Positions 43,741 to 53,456 are shown, counted from the first letter of the stretch. The stretch: 64,000 nucleotides of DNA from Candidatus Beckwithbacteria bacterium GW2011_GWC1_49_16 (GCA_001029675.1 CP011210.1:192193-256192), one strand, 5' to 3'. Numbers and translations: made by a program. Notes: generated from the sequence alone by a model not told the origin.

Positions 43741-44316
43741 CTAGGGAACTACGTCTGCCAATCTAACCCAGCCTGATTGAGTGGAGTTTAGTTGAATTTT
43801 AAAAAAATCAGCGGCAAATTCCAGAGAGGGGAAAGTTTCTCCTGTCGTGGCGATGTCGATAATTTGACTATTTAAATTAGGTTGGGAGTAGATGTTGGCC
43901 GCCTGGTGGGAAATGGTGATTGTGCCCAGAGTAAATTGTGGCGTTGGCGACGGTTGGATATCGGGTAAAACCAAGAGTTCCGGGTCGATGGCAAGCGTCG
44001 GCGAGGGGGCGACTGCAGCGGTTGAGCAGACCGGGCAGTCCGGTTGAACCGGTTTGAGCCAAAAAGACAGTTGAAAGGTGATCAGACCCAGAACGGTAAG
44101 GCAGAAAACCACGATGACCACTCTTAGCGACCAGACGGCCTCCGAGGTTTTTTGGGGATTGGTTAAGTTGAGCCAAGAAAGAGCGGTCAAAGGAGCGACG
44201 ATGATTAGGTTGGCGGTTCTGACCGGGCCGGAAAGAAGCAGTAGGCTGGCCAGAAATATCACCGTCGAGGCGATGATGGTGTAAAGCTGGTAAAAGCGAA
44301 ACAGCTTTTTAGGCAC
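43741..44316 (-). CDS. Membrane protein with CxxC and C-terminal SH3-like domain
   Basis: Start GTG 44316 with TATAAT 6 nt upstream; three TMs, CPVC, ANIYSQP...GWV. Confidence 0.65.
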   Translation of the reverse strand: MPKKLFRFYQLYTIIASTVIFLASLLLLSGPVRTANLIIVAPLTALSWLNLTNPQKTSEAVWSLRVVIVVFCLTVLGLITFQLSFWLKPVQPDCPVCSTAAVAPSPTLAIDPELLVLPDIQPSPTPQFTLGTITISHQAANIYSQPNLNSQIIDIATTGETFPSLEFAADFFKIQLNSTQSGWVRLADVVP

Positions 44317-44353
44317 AAACCGATTATAGCCATGTGTTATGATAATTGGTAGT

Positions 44354-44749
44354 ATGCAAGAGTGTATTTTTTGCCAGATTGTGGCCGGCAAACTGCCCAG
44401 CTACAAGGTTTACGAGGATGAGGAGTTCTTGGCTTTTTTGGATATTTTTCCCAAATCAACCGGTCACACTTTGGTGATTCCTAAAAAGCACGTGGAGTGG
44501 GTGTGGGACCTGCCTGCCGGCAGGCAGGTTACTCCGAATTTAGGCAAGTACTTTGAAGTAGTGGGTAAAATTGCCAAAAACCACAGGAAACTGGCGCCCG
44601 ACGGGATTGTCCGGTCGATCATCTGGGGCTGGGAAGTGCCTCATGCTCATATTCATCTTCTTCCGGGAAAAAGTAACGACCTTTCGGGTGAGAAGCTGGG
44701 TGACGAGAAAATGAAGCAGATACAAAGGCAGTTTAGCCTCAAAAAATGA
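44354..44749 (+). CDS. HIT family nucleotide hydrolase
   Basis: CIFCQI, GHTLVIPKKH and VPHAHIHL motifs. Confidence 0.93.
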   Translation: MQECIFCQIVAGKLPSYKVYEDEEFLAFLDIFPKSTGHTLVIPKKHVEWVWDLPAGRQVTPNLGKYFEVVGKIAKNHRKLAPDGIVRSIIWGWEVPHAHIHLLPGKSNDLSGEKLGDEKMKQIQRQFSLKK

Positions 44750-45732
44750 GGCTCGCACCCAAGTTTTGGTGGGGACTGGGGCTGGTTTTAATCCTTCACG
44801 GAGTTATGTTTTGGGTCAAGCAGAGTCAAAACCCGCTCTGGTACCAGCAGGATAACTATGTGGGTTATGCCAGGGGGTTGATTGAGGGTGGCGGGATTGA
44901 CCAACCGTGGTTGTTTCCCGGGTTGGCGATGTTGATCGCTGCCGCGGCCAAGGCGGTCGGCAGCGTGGTGGTAGCGGCAACAGGGGTGGCGGCAATAAGC
45001 TTGGCGGCGATTTACGCTTTAGCTTACTTAATGACTTATGATTGGTTATTTGCCGCGATGATTAGCTTGTTTCCGCCGATAGTGTTTGAGCAGACGAGTA
45101 AAGTGAGTACGACCGGCTTAGTGGTGGCGGGCTGGCTTGGTGCCTACTACCTCTACAGTAAGCGGCGGGGCTATTGGGCCAGCTTGGTGACGGTTTTATC
45201 GGCTTTGGTGAGGCCGGTGGCGGTGATTTTGGGCGTAGCTTGGCTGATAGATTTAGGCACAAAGGGGAAGTATAAAGAGGCGTTGATTAACGGATTGATT
45301 TTGGGGTTGTTTCCCATGGGCTTGTGGCTGTTTAACCGGCAAGTGTTTGGCGAGGGGGTGTTTTATCAAGCAAAAATGTACCAAACTTTGGGGCCGGTGC
45401 GGGTGGGGATTGTTCAGTTTGGCAGGGACATTTTGCGGGCGGTTGATTGGGGCTACTGGCGGATTCTGGCTTCGGGTTTGACCTATTTGGGGCTGTCTTT
45501 GGTCTTGGTAGGGATGATAATAAAAAGCCGGGCCGAGGTTTTGATCAAGTGGTGGGCGGGGCTGACTTTGGTTTATGTTTTGGCAGTGGGGCCGGAGCCG
45601 CTGCTGGAGGAGTTTAGGCGTTACATTGCGGTTTTGTTTCCTTTGGGACTGGTGGTTTTATACCCGAGATTTAAGCCTTACCGGTTGGTCTTAGGAGTGC
45701 TGATGGTGATGTCTCTGGCGGCTTTTTGGTGA
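44746..45732 (+). CDS. Multi-pass membrane protein, probable GT-C glycosyltransferase
   Basis: Many TMs; QQDN..Y, LFPG, VRP and RY motifs. Confidence 0.5.
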   Translation: MRLAPKFWWGLGLVLILHGVMFWVKQSQNPLWYQQDNYVGYARGLIEGGGIDQPWLFPGLAMLIAAAAKAVGSVVVAATGVAAISLAAIYALAYLMTYDWLFAAMISLFPPIVFEQTSKVSTTGLVVAGWLGAYYLYSKRRGYWASLVTVLSALVRPVAVILGVAWLIDLGTKGKYKEALINGLILGLFPMGLWLFNRQVFGEGVFYQAKMYQTLGPVRVGIVQFGRDILRAVDWGYWRILASGLTYLGLSLVLVGMIIKSRAEVLIKWWAGLTLVYVLAVGPEPLLEEFRRYIAVLFPLGLVVLYPRFKPYRLVLGVLMVMSLAAFW

Positions 45733-46775
45733 GGCGGGGTTTTGAGGTTGACCAAGACAACGCGGGCGCGTGATTTTTGAGCCAGAGTTAGCAGCGGTTT
45801 TAGGGTGCGGCCGGCCCACTCGACGGCGGCGACGGTTTTGGTTTTGAGGCGATCTTCAAGATGAAGCTGATAAAACTCCTCGATGTGACTAAGCCGCCAA
45901 GTGTCAAGGTGTAAAAACTTGCCGAAAACTTTATAGCGGCGGAAGGGGTATTCTCTTTCGATGGTGTAGGTGGGCGAAACGATGGTTTGAGGGATTTTAA
46001 GAAACCGGCCGATGCCTTTGGCAAACTGGGTTTTGCCCGAGCCAAGGTCACCAATGAGCAAAAACAGCAAGGGTTTTTTCTGTAAATCGTTCCAGTGTGC
46101 CAGCATCAGTTTTTGGGCCAAGTCGCTTGTTTCTTGAGGAGAGTGGGTGGTAACACTTTCCGCACTCCCGGAGTGGGGGAATTTTTCACTCCGGGAGTGA
46201 AGGAGTTTAATTTTGCCTTCGCGCAGAATCAGCGGATCATCCAGAGTGGTATCGACCACGGTGGAGGCCGGGCGGCGGGGGAGTTTACCAACATCAATAA
46301 TAAAATCAATCAAACTTTGCTGTTTTCGGCTGGTGTGTTTCAAAAGTTGGGAGATGGAATAAGGCTTGGGTTTGTAGGAGACATTGGCAGAAGTGGCGGT
46401 GATGGGGCGTCCCAGCCTGCCAGCGAGCGCCAGCGCTACCGGGTGATCAGGAATGCGGATCCCCAGAGTGCCGGTTTCTGACTCCACTCCCGGGGCGACT
46501 TTGCCCCGGCCCCACGACACCACAGTCAACGGTCCGGGTAAAAACTTTCTGTATAAGTTTTTAGCAGAGGTATTTAGTTTGACATATTTTGATGCCATGG
46601 TTTGGTCAGCGACGGCCACTGATAAAGGTTTGCCTTCGCGGCGGGATTTGTAGGCAAGTAATTTGGCGACCGCCTTTTTGCTGGTGGCGTCGACGCCGGC
46701 ACCGTAACACGTTTCGGTGGGGTAGATCACCAGGCCGTGGGCTTTTAAGACTTTGACGGCTTGGGTGATTTCCAT
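45678..46775 (-). CDS. tsaC-tsaE: TsaC (YrdC/Sua5) - TsaE fusion protein
   Basis: N-half: YPTETCYG, K.R..KPL, PGPLT, TATSAN. C-half: GDLGSGKT, SPTY, HLD.WRL, VEW. Confidence 0.9.
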   Translation of the reverse strand: MEITQAVKVLKAHGLVIYPTETCYGAGVDATSKKAVAKLLAYKSRREGKPLSVAVADQTMASKYVKLNTSAKNLYRKFLPGPLTVVSWGRGKVAPGVESETGTLGIRIPDHPVALALAGRLGRPITATSANVSYKPKPYSISQLLKHTSRKQQSLIDFIIDVGKLPRRPASTVVDTTLDDPLILREGKIKLLHSRSEKFPHSGSAESVTTHSPQETSDLAQKLMLAHWNDLQKKPLLFLLIGDLGSGKTQFAKGIGRFLKIPQTIVSPTYTIEREYPFRRYKVFGKFLHLDTWRLSHIEEFYQLHLEDRLKTKTVAAVEWAGRTLKPLLTLAQKSRARVVLVNLKTPPHQKAARDITISTPKTNR

Positions 46776-48046
46776 TACTTAAGGTTAATCGAGTACAGAT
46801 TGGGGGGCTGGTTTGAACCGCCGTTTAAGGAGGCCAGAATTATCAGCCTGGAGCCGTTGGGCCAGGGATAGGCAAAGTCGTCGGAAAAAGGGCCGGCGTA
46901 GACGGTATCCTGGTTGGTGCCGTCGTATTCACCGATAACGATTTTACCCTCCTGGACTAAAATGTAGTGGCGGGAATCGGGGAACCACTGGACGGGCTGG
47001 AAGTGAATCGGGCTGTAGCGGTGGGAAAGAGTTTCGAGGGAGGAATCTTTCACTCCGGGAGTGTCAGTTGCAGGCGCAGCTGCCAGCCAGAAATTTTTGT
47101 CTTCTTCCAAGTCATAGATGTAAATGTTGTCTTTTTCAAGGTTGCGCCTTTGAACTTGGGTGGAGGAGGCTGGTACCGGCGGGATTAAGTTCTCTGGGAT
47201 GGTAAGAGTTTCCACAGCGGTGTACATCAGCTTGTCTTCGTCGGGTGACCAGTAGACGGCTCGGGCCGACTCGGTGGCAACTTTTTGCATAAATTCGGGC
47301 AGAAGGACTAGCCGTTCGTGGTCTTTTTTATCCAAAAGCTCGTGCCATTCTGAAAGGGTTACCGGCAGCCTGGCGGTGGCGTCTTTTAGGGTGGCGATGT
47401 CATTGAGGCTTGATACGGAAAGGAGAATGTTACGCTCGTCCGGCTGATTAAGGTTGACGCTAACCAGGATTTGGGATGAGTCGGGCGACCAGGTGAGACG
47501 GGCAACGGTAAAGTCAAAGTCCGGGTGGGGCCGGGAGATTTGCCGGGGCTCGGAGTTGAAGCCAAAGGGGCGGTCGAAAAGGTCTAAAACGTAGAGGCCA
47601 TTTTTGTCGTTGGTGGTGGCGTTGCCGACGGCAAAGGCGATCTTCTGGCCGTCGGGCGAGGGGGTGAGATTTAAAGCTCCGGAAAAAGTCAGGGGTTTTA
47701 AGTCGGGGACAGAGGGGAAGAGCCGGGCGTTGGTTTGGGCGACCAGTTCTGCCTCCAAAACCAAAGTTTTTTCCCAGGGAATGTAGCCGTCTTGGGCGAT
47801 TTTGACCCGGTACTGGCCCGGGGGCAAGTTTAAGGTGTCGTCGGTGGCGGTGGTCAACTTGTCGTTTAAAAAGACGCTGGCACCGCGGGGTACGGAGTTG
47901 GCGGCGAGCAACCCCGTGCCCTGTAAGGCCCGACTAGCCAGCGACGGCCGGTAGCCCCGGGCAAGCCTGATGGCAAAGTAAGTGCCGGTGACAAAAAACA
48001 AGACGGCCACGATGACGATCAAAAGCCTTGGGGTGCGCTGGAACAT
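46775..48046 (-). CDS. PEGA domain + TolB-like beta-propeller membrane-anchored protein
   Basis: TM, S.P.GASVFLN...LPPGQY.V...GY.PW, then SPDG/WSPD repeats. Confidence 0.8.
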   Translation of the reverse strand: MFQRTPRLLIVIVAVLFFVTGTYFAIRLARGYRPSLASRALQGTGLLAANSVPRGASVFLNDKLTTATDDTLNLPPGQYRVKIAQDGYIPWEKTLVLEAELVAQTNARLFPSVPDLKPLTFSGALNLTPSPDGQKIAFAVGNATTNDKNGLYVLDLFDRPFGFNSEPRQISRPHPDFDFTVARLTWSPDSSQILVSVNLNQPDERNILLSVSSLNDIATLKDATARLPVTLSEWHELLDKKDHERLVLLPEFMQKVATESARAVYWSPDEDKLMYTAVETLTIPENLIPPVPASSTQVQRRNLEKDNIYIYDLEEDKNFWLAAAPATDTPGVKDSSLETLSHRYSPIHFQPVQWFPDSRHYILVQEGKIVIGEYDGTNQDTVYAGPFSDDFAYPWPNGSRLIILASLNGGSNQPPNLYSINLK

Positions 48047-48063
48047 GGTAGCGGTATTATACC

Positions 48064-50796
48064 TTAATTTATAATCAGCCAATCAATGGTGGTGTTGGCG
48101 TTGACCGGGTAGTTGGTAAAGACGGTAAACTGGTTTTTATCTGGTTCTTTGATCACCCAGTATTTGGTGGCGGGCGAGTAAGACGAGGTAAAAGTGATGA
48201 TGACTTGGGAAGAATCGGTCAAGCGGTCGGTAGCGACAATGGCGTGATTGTTTCCGGTCGGAATTAGGACGGAGCCGGCAGCAGACAGATTTAGGCGGGA
48301 AAAACTAGCCGAGCCGGAAGAGTCGATGGCGCCCACCAGGCCTTCGATGTCGTTATAGAAAGTCAGGGCGGAGTTGGTAGCCAAAGTGACGCTTAGGTCT
48401 TGCCCTGGCGGTGGTTTTAGCTCGGAAGCGATTAGGGTTGGGGTGGTGATTGATTCTGATACCGCCAGCCTGCCGCTGATGGCGACGTTGCCGGCGGCGT
48501 CCAGAGTCATGACTCCGGCCAGAAAGTTGATGGCGCCGACCCCGCCGGGTTGAAGATAAAGGGTGTTGGAGCACTTCTCGGAGGTGGCCGAAGGGTCTCC
48601 TCCGAGGTGGGTGGGACAGGGTAAAGTAGAGATAGAGTTACCAGTAATCAGTAAATTGTCGTTTAGGTTTAGGGAGTTGGTGACTTTAAGGTTGGTGATA
48701 GTGGCTTGGCCGAGAACGGCCAGGTATTCGGAGAAAAAGCCGGAGTCGGCGCTAAGCGAGTTAAGATCAAGATGCCCGGAAGGGCTGGCCGTCGGGGCAG
48801 AGGCCAACAGAGCCGAGGCGGTGGCTGTTGAGTCGGGGTCGGCGGCGGCGGAAGCGGTGGCGCTGGTTTGCTGATAAGAAGCGACCAGGTCTTTGATTTT
48901 TTCTTTGAGGCCGTCGATGGCGGAAGCGTTAATGGATTTGGCGGTGAGTGTTCCGGAAACGGAAACGTCGCCGGTGATCTTTAAGGCTTGCCGGTCGGTA
49001 AGAGCCACGATTAAGTCTTGGTCAGAAACCGGTTTAATGAAGTTGGTGGTCAGCGCCTGGCCGACAGGGTCGGTGGAGACGTAGGGAGTAATCAGGGCTT
49101 CAAGGCGGCCGACGCGCTCATAGAGGTCCAAGATATAAAGGACGTTGTTTTCCACTCGTTCTAAGATAGCCATAATTGAAGTGGAGATGTTGAGGCCGGA
49201 GTTTTGGATTTCTTCCTGGCTGGGGACGCCGGGCAGGTGGTGGTAGGTGGCGATAAAGTCTTTGAGGGCGATGGGCGAGAGAAGTTGATAGCCAGTTTCA
49301 AAAACGTAGTCGGGGACGGCAGTGCCGTTGATGGTGACAGTGCCGCCGTCGGCGATGGTGATGCCGTTGCCGGCGTTGTCAAACAGCTTTAAGCCGGAGT
49401 CGTTGGTGGCCTCGATGAGATTGTCGGAAAGTTTGATGTTTTTAACGGTTAGCTCGTTATCAAAGTTGCCCTGTTTGGCATTTAGCTTGAAGCTCGCGCT
49501 GATGCCATAGCTGGTCTCGCCGCCCACACCTAAGCCGCCGGAAAAAACCAGATAGCCGTCCAGGTCGTTGGAGATAGAGTCGCCGTAGTCGGAGAAGGTT
49601 AGCCCGGTAGCGAGGGTTATGTCTCCGGCCAAAGACAAGCCGATGCCAGGAGCGGCAGGGTCGAGAAAGTAGGCAGAGTTATCAGAGTCGATCAGTTTGG
49701 GTGCGTAAAGGTTGCCTGAAATCAAGGTCGGTTGGGACAGGGTAATGGGGTAGACAGCGTCGTCGTCGATGGTGAGTAAAGTTTGGGCCGCGCCGCCCAA
49801 AACGCTAAAGGCGCTGTTGACTCCGGCCAAAGTCAATTTCAGGGAGGTGGCCGAGCTGGTGGCTAAGTCTCCTAAGGTTATATCTAGGTCGGTTTTGTTG
49901 GCGGTAAGGCTGGTGTTGCCGGCGTCGTAAAGGTTTTGGATGCTTGACTTGCCTGAAGGGGAGGCGGTGGGGTTTAGGTTGACCCAGTCTAAGCCGTCAA
50001 AGTAGTTGAGGTTGCCGGTGTTTTTGTCAACGTAGAGGCTGCCGACCTGATTTTCTGGTTGGTCGGTGGGAATGAATTTTAGGACCGGGGTAGTCAGGCT
50101 GCCTTGGATGAGGGCGTCATTCTTAAGATAAAAATTGCCTTTTTGATCTAAAAAAGACAGGGTGCCGGTGTCGCTGCCGATAGTAATCTGGCCGTTTAAA
50201 AAATTGGCTACCGAAGGCAGGGCGACTTCGACTTGAGAAGGGATGGCTAGTTGTTCAATGGCAGGGCTGGCGATTTCTTGATTGCCTCTGACATAAAAGT
50301 AGGTGGCCAGAGCCAGGCCGGTAAAGATTGCGGTTAGTCCTAGGTAGACTAAGGGTTTATGGGGTAGACTGGTTATTTGAAGCGGGGTTGGCGGTTTTTC
50401 CTTGGTCTCCGGCGACGGAGTCACGGGCAAGGTTTTGGGGGAAATTTGGGCTAAAATTTGTTTTAGGGTTTTTTCTGAATAGCCGGTATTGCCGGTTTTG
50501 TCGATGGTGAGTTTTAATCTTTTTTCTCTGGTCCAACGCCGCACTGTAGCCGGGGAAACTTTCAACAGCAACGAGGCCTGGTTTAAATCTAAGAGCCGGT
50601 CGGTGGGCGGCGGGTCAAACTGGCCGGTTTTGATGCCAACTAGGGTTTTTAGGTGTTGGTCGGTGTAGCGGCGTTGGTTACCGATGGTGCGGGTCGGGTT
50701 GACTAGTCCGGAGTCTTCCCAGCGGCGCAGGGTTTTGGGGTGAACGCCGACAAACTTGGCGGCAGCGGAGACGGAGTAGTGGTTTTGATCGGGCAA
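48064..50796 (-). CDS. Tandem MerR/excisionase-like HTH - TM - large extracellular fibre-like protein with intramolecular-chaperone-like motif
   Basis: AAKFVGVHPKTLRRWE and VSPATVRRW HTHs, a TM, then PDYVF..GY.L...HHLPGVPS...ERVE..LY motif. TTG start with GAGGT SD. Confidence 0.7.
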   Translation of the reverse strand: MPDQNHYSVSAAAKFVGVHPKTLRRWEDSGLVNPTRTIGNQRRYTDQHLKTLVGIKTGQFDPPPTDRLLDLNQASLLLKVSPATVRRWTREKRLKLTIDKTGNTGYSEKTLKQILAQISPKTLPVTPSPETKEKPPTPLQITSLPHKPLVYLGLTAIFTGLALATYFYVRGNQEIASPAIEQLAIPSQVEVALPSVANFLNGQITIGSDTGTLSFLDQKGNFYLKNDALIQGSLTTPVLKFIPTDQPENQVGSLYVDKNTGNLNYFDGLDWVNLNPTASPSGKSSIQNLYDAGNTSLTANKTDLDITLGDLATSSATSLKLTLAGVNSAFSVLGGAAQTLLTIDDDAVYPITLSQPTLISGNLYAPKLIDSDNSAYFLDPAAPGIGLSLAGDITLATGLTFSDYGDSISNDLDGYLVFSGGLGVGGETSYGISASFKLNAKQGNFDNELTVKNIKLSDNLIEATNDSGLKLFDNAGNGITIADGGTVTINGTAVPDYVFETGYQLLSPIALKDFIATYHHLPGVPSQEEIQNSGLNISTSIMAILERVENNVLYILDLYERVGRLEALITPYVSTDPVGQALTTNFIKPVSDQDLIVALTDRQALKITGDVSVSGTLTAKSINASAIDGLKEKIKDLVASYQQTSATASAAADPDSTATASALLASAPTASPSGHLDLNSLSADSGFFSEYLAVLGQATITNLKVTNSLNLNDNLLITGNSISTLPCPTHLGGDPSATSEKCSNTLYLQPGGVGAINFLAGVMTLDAAGNVAISGRLAVSESITTPTLIASELKPPPGQDLSVTLATNSALTFYNDIEGLVGAIDSSGSASFSRLNLSAAGSVLIPTGNNHAIVATDRLTDSSQVIITFTSSYSPATKYWVIKEPDKNQFTVFTNYPVNANTTIDWLIIN

Positions 50797-51038
50797 AGGT
50801 TTACCTCTTGAAATGTCTAACTTTGTACAATGGTTGGACTGTTTTCACGATCCAGTATGGACTATATTAAAAAGGCTGTCAAGGTGGGGAAAATGAGATA
50901 AAATTGCTATAAATAGTTATATATTGTTATACTTATTGAGGCTTTAGAGAGAGTTAAATGATGTTTTTTGATATGTTTTGATAGTGACTAGTTTTTGCCA
51001 GTTGAGATTAAATTGGTGGCGTGCTAAATTTATTCACC

Positions 51039-52073
51039 ATGGCGATGATTCAAAAAGTAGGCATAGATTTAGGCACGGCCAACTCGGTGGTGTATTTGGC
51101 GGGCAGCGGCATAGTGCTGGCCGAACCGACGGTGGTAGCGGTGACGGTGGAAGACAACCGGGTGGTGGCGGTGGGTAACGAAGCCAAAGAAATGCTGGGG
51201 AGGACTCCGGAAAACATTGTCGCTTCAAAGCCGATGCGCGACGGGGTGATTGCCGATTACGTGGTCACCGAAGCGATGTTGCGGTATTTTTTGCAGAAAG
51301 TGGCCGGGCGAAACTTGATTTTTAAACCGGACGTGATGATTTGCGTTCCCGCCGGTTGTACTCAAGTAGAGAGAAGAGCGGTTGAAGACGCCACCTACGC
51401 TGCCGGAGCCAGAGAAGTGTATATCATTCACGAGCCGTTTGCGGCGGCTTTGGGAGCCGGGGTGCCGGTGGGCGAGGCCTCGGGCAACATGATTGTCGAC
51501 ATGGGCGGCGGTTCGTCTGAAGCGGCAGTGATCTCTTTAGGCGGGGTGGTAGTGGCCAAGGGTATCCGGGTGGCCGGCAATAGCCTGGACGACGCCATCG
51601 CCGGTTTTGTCAGGAAAAAACACGGCCTGGTGGTGGGCGAGAGGATGGCCGAGGAGATAAAGATCAACTTGGGCCGAGCGTCGAGCGAAGTTGAAACCAC
51701 GAACCACGAACCACGAACCACGAACCAGAAAATGCGGGTCAAAGGCAGGGACAGCATCCAAGGCTTACCCAAATCAGTCGAGGTGACGGCAGAAGAGATT
51801 GAAGAGGCGATTAAACCTAAATTATCCCAGATCGTCGGCATGGTTAAGTCGGTTTTAGAGGAGATTCCGCCGGAGCTATCCAGCGACATTATTGATAAGG
51901 GGATTGTGATGAGCGGCGGGACGAGCCTGCTAACTAACCTGGACAAGTTACTGACTGCCGAGACCGGCGTTCCCTGCCACATTGCCGAAGAGCCGATGCT
52001 TTGCGTCGCCCGCGGCACGGGGATTGCTTTGGATAACCTGGAGCTTTACAAGCGGGCGATTAGTAAGAGGTAG
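51039..52073 (+). CDS. mreB: Rod shape-determining protein MreB
   Basis: GIDLGTAN, P.RDGVIAD, VDMGGG and IVMSGGT motifs. Confidence 0.95.
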   Translation: MAMIQKVGIDLGTANSVVYLAGSGIVLAEPTVVAVTVEDNRVVAVGNEAKEMLGRTPENIVASKPMRDGVIADYVVTEAMLRYFLQKVAGRNLIFKPDVMICVPAGCTQVERRAVEDATYAAGAREVYIIHEPFAAALGAGVPVGEASGNMIVDMGGGSSEAAVISLGGVVVAKGIRVAGNSLDDAIAGFVRKKHGLVVGERMAEEIKINLGRASSEVETTNHEPRTTNQKMRVKGRDSIQGLPKSVEVTAEEIEEAIKPKLSQIVGMVKSVLEEIPPELSSDIIDKGIVMSGGTSLLTNLDKLLTAETGVPCHIAEEPMLCVARGTGIALDNLELYKRAISKR

Positions 52074-52074
52074 C

Positions 52075-52845
52075 TTAGCGGTGTTTGACTACCAGTTTTC
52101 TGGCAGTCTTGGCAAAGTTTTTGTCGCCGATTAAGCCCTGGGCAACTTGAAAGTATTGTTCAGCTAGGCCGTATTCTTGGGCGGTAGTGTAAACTACCCC
52201 GTTAAAATACTTTTGCCTAGCCTCGGTTTCCAATCCGAACTGGTAATAGCGATTATTAGGCTGAAAGCCCCTGTCTCTTGCTTTTTTACCTAGGGTTAAG
52301 GCGTCAATCCTGTCTCCCAGAGAGGGTTTAAACTCTAAGTCATCAAAGGCATGACCTAGTTCATGGCCGGCTTTTTGGGCAAAAACCAGAAGACTTTCGC
52401 CAGAGGTGAGGCCGAAGTGCTCGGCGTATGCCTCGCGGCTTGCCAGGGCTATTTCTATTGGTTTTAGCTGACCTAAAAAGCCTGCCTTATATCTTGAGTG
52501 AGCAAAACTTTCATTGCCGGTGAGAGCGTTCATGGCGGGAAGAGTGTTAAATATTTCAACCTTAACCCCTTTAAGGTGAAGGGCATTAATGCCTCGTTGT
52601 ACTGCTTCGATTACACCCTGTTCGTAGTTGCGCCTAATGTTAGAGACAATTTGAGTTTGAAAGTTTCTTAAACGATCGATCGGACCAAGTCTTAACTCAA
52701 AAACTTTAGGGATATACCCTTCCTCAATGCCGGCGTAATGAGCAATTTGGGCAATAGGGTCTATTGAGTAAAGGTTTCTTAGGGGTTTTCTGGTGGGGGT
52801 GGTTTCGCTTTGTTTTGGAGAGGGTAGATCGCCGCGGTTGTCCAT
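52075..52845 (-). CDS. Hypothetical protein with HExxH motif
   Basis: GHELGH followed by a downstream E..A. Confidence 0.55.
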   Translation of the reverse strand: MDNRGDLPSPKQSETTPTRKPLRNLYSIDPIAQIAHYAGIEEGYIPKVFELRLGPIDRLRNFQTQIVSNIRRNYEQGVIEAVQRGINALHLKGVKVEIFNTLPAMNALTGNESFAHSRYKAGFLGQLKPIEIALASREAYAEHFGLTSGESLLVFAQKAGHELGHAFDDLEFKPSLGDRIDALTLGKKARDRGFQPNNRYYQFGLETEARQKYFNGVVYTTAQEYGLAEQYFQVAQGLIGDKNFAKTARKLVVKHR

Positions 52846-52871
52846 AGGTAAATTTTACCACGACCATCGAT

Positions 52872-52939
52872 TTACTTTCCCCCTTGACAATTTTCACGCG
52901 GGTGTGCGACACTTAAATATTGATGTTTGCCAGAATGAA
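52872..52939 (+). repeat. Duplicated promoter plus start region (identical to 53481-53548)
   Basis: 68-nt exact direct repeat containing TTGACA and the first codons; similarity continues through the TM-coding part. Confidence 0.9.
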
Positions 52940-53456
52940 ATACAAATGGCTTAAAAACAAGAAAAAGATTTTAGGGTTTGGTGGGCTTTCGGTGGCAGTA
53001 GTCGGCTTGGCAGTAGGGGTATCTTTAGTCCAAAGAAGTCAAAGACTCGAAAGTCAAGCTAGAAGTGAACAGGTAAATCCGTGCGGGTACGGACTGGATT
53101 GTACCGACAAACCCATTACAGGAGCAACGAGTTGTGTTGATCAATATGGAGGAAATTCTTACTGTTGTCCGGAAAACTCTATTAGGTGGTACGGAGCCTG
53201 TGTGGAGAAATGTGGGTCGGGCTTAAGCTGTTGGGATTATCCTGTCCAGGGTGCTTCTCGCTGTATTGTTATTACTAACAAGATAACTGAGACTTACTGT
53301 TGTCCAAAGGATAAGCCATGGAACCTAAATGGCGTTTGCAACCCGGCGCCTAGACGTTTTCGTCCTAACCCAGTCAATAAACCGACATCTTCTCCAGAAG
53401 GAGAGTCGGGAGTTCCTGGATTGCCGGAAGTGTCGGGCCAACCCATTCCTCTATAG
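52923..53456 (+). CDS. N-terminally anchored Cys-rich extracellular protein, paralog 1
   Basis: Basic N-terminus plus TM; two internal CG.GL.C...P..GA..C...YCCP repeats. Confidence 0.7.
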   Translation: MFARMKYKWLKNKKKILGFGGLSVAVVGLAVGVSLVQRSQRLESQARSEQVNPCGYGLDCTDKPITGATSCVDQYGGNSYCCPENSIRWYGACVEKCGSGLSCWDYPVQGASRCIVITNKITETYCCPKDKPWNLNGVCNPAPRRFRPNPVNKPTSSPEGESGVPGLPEVSGQPIPL

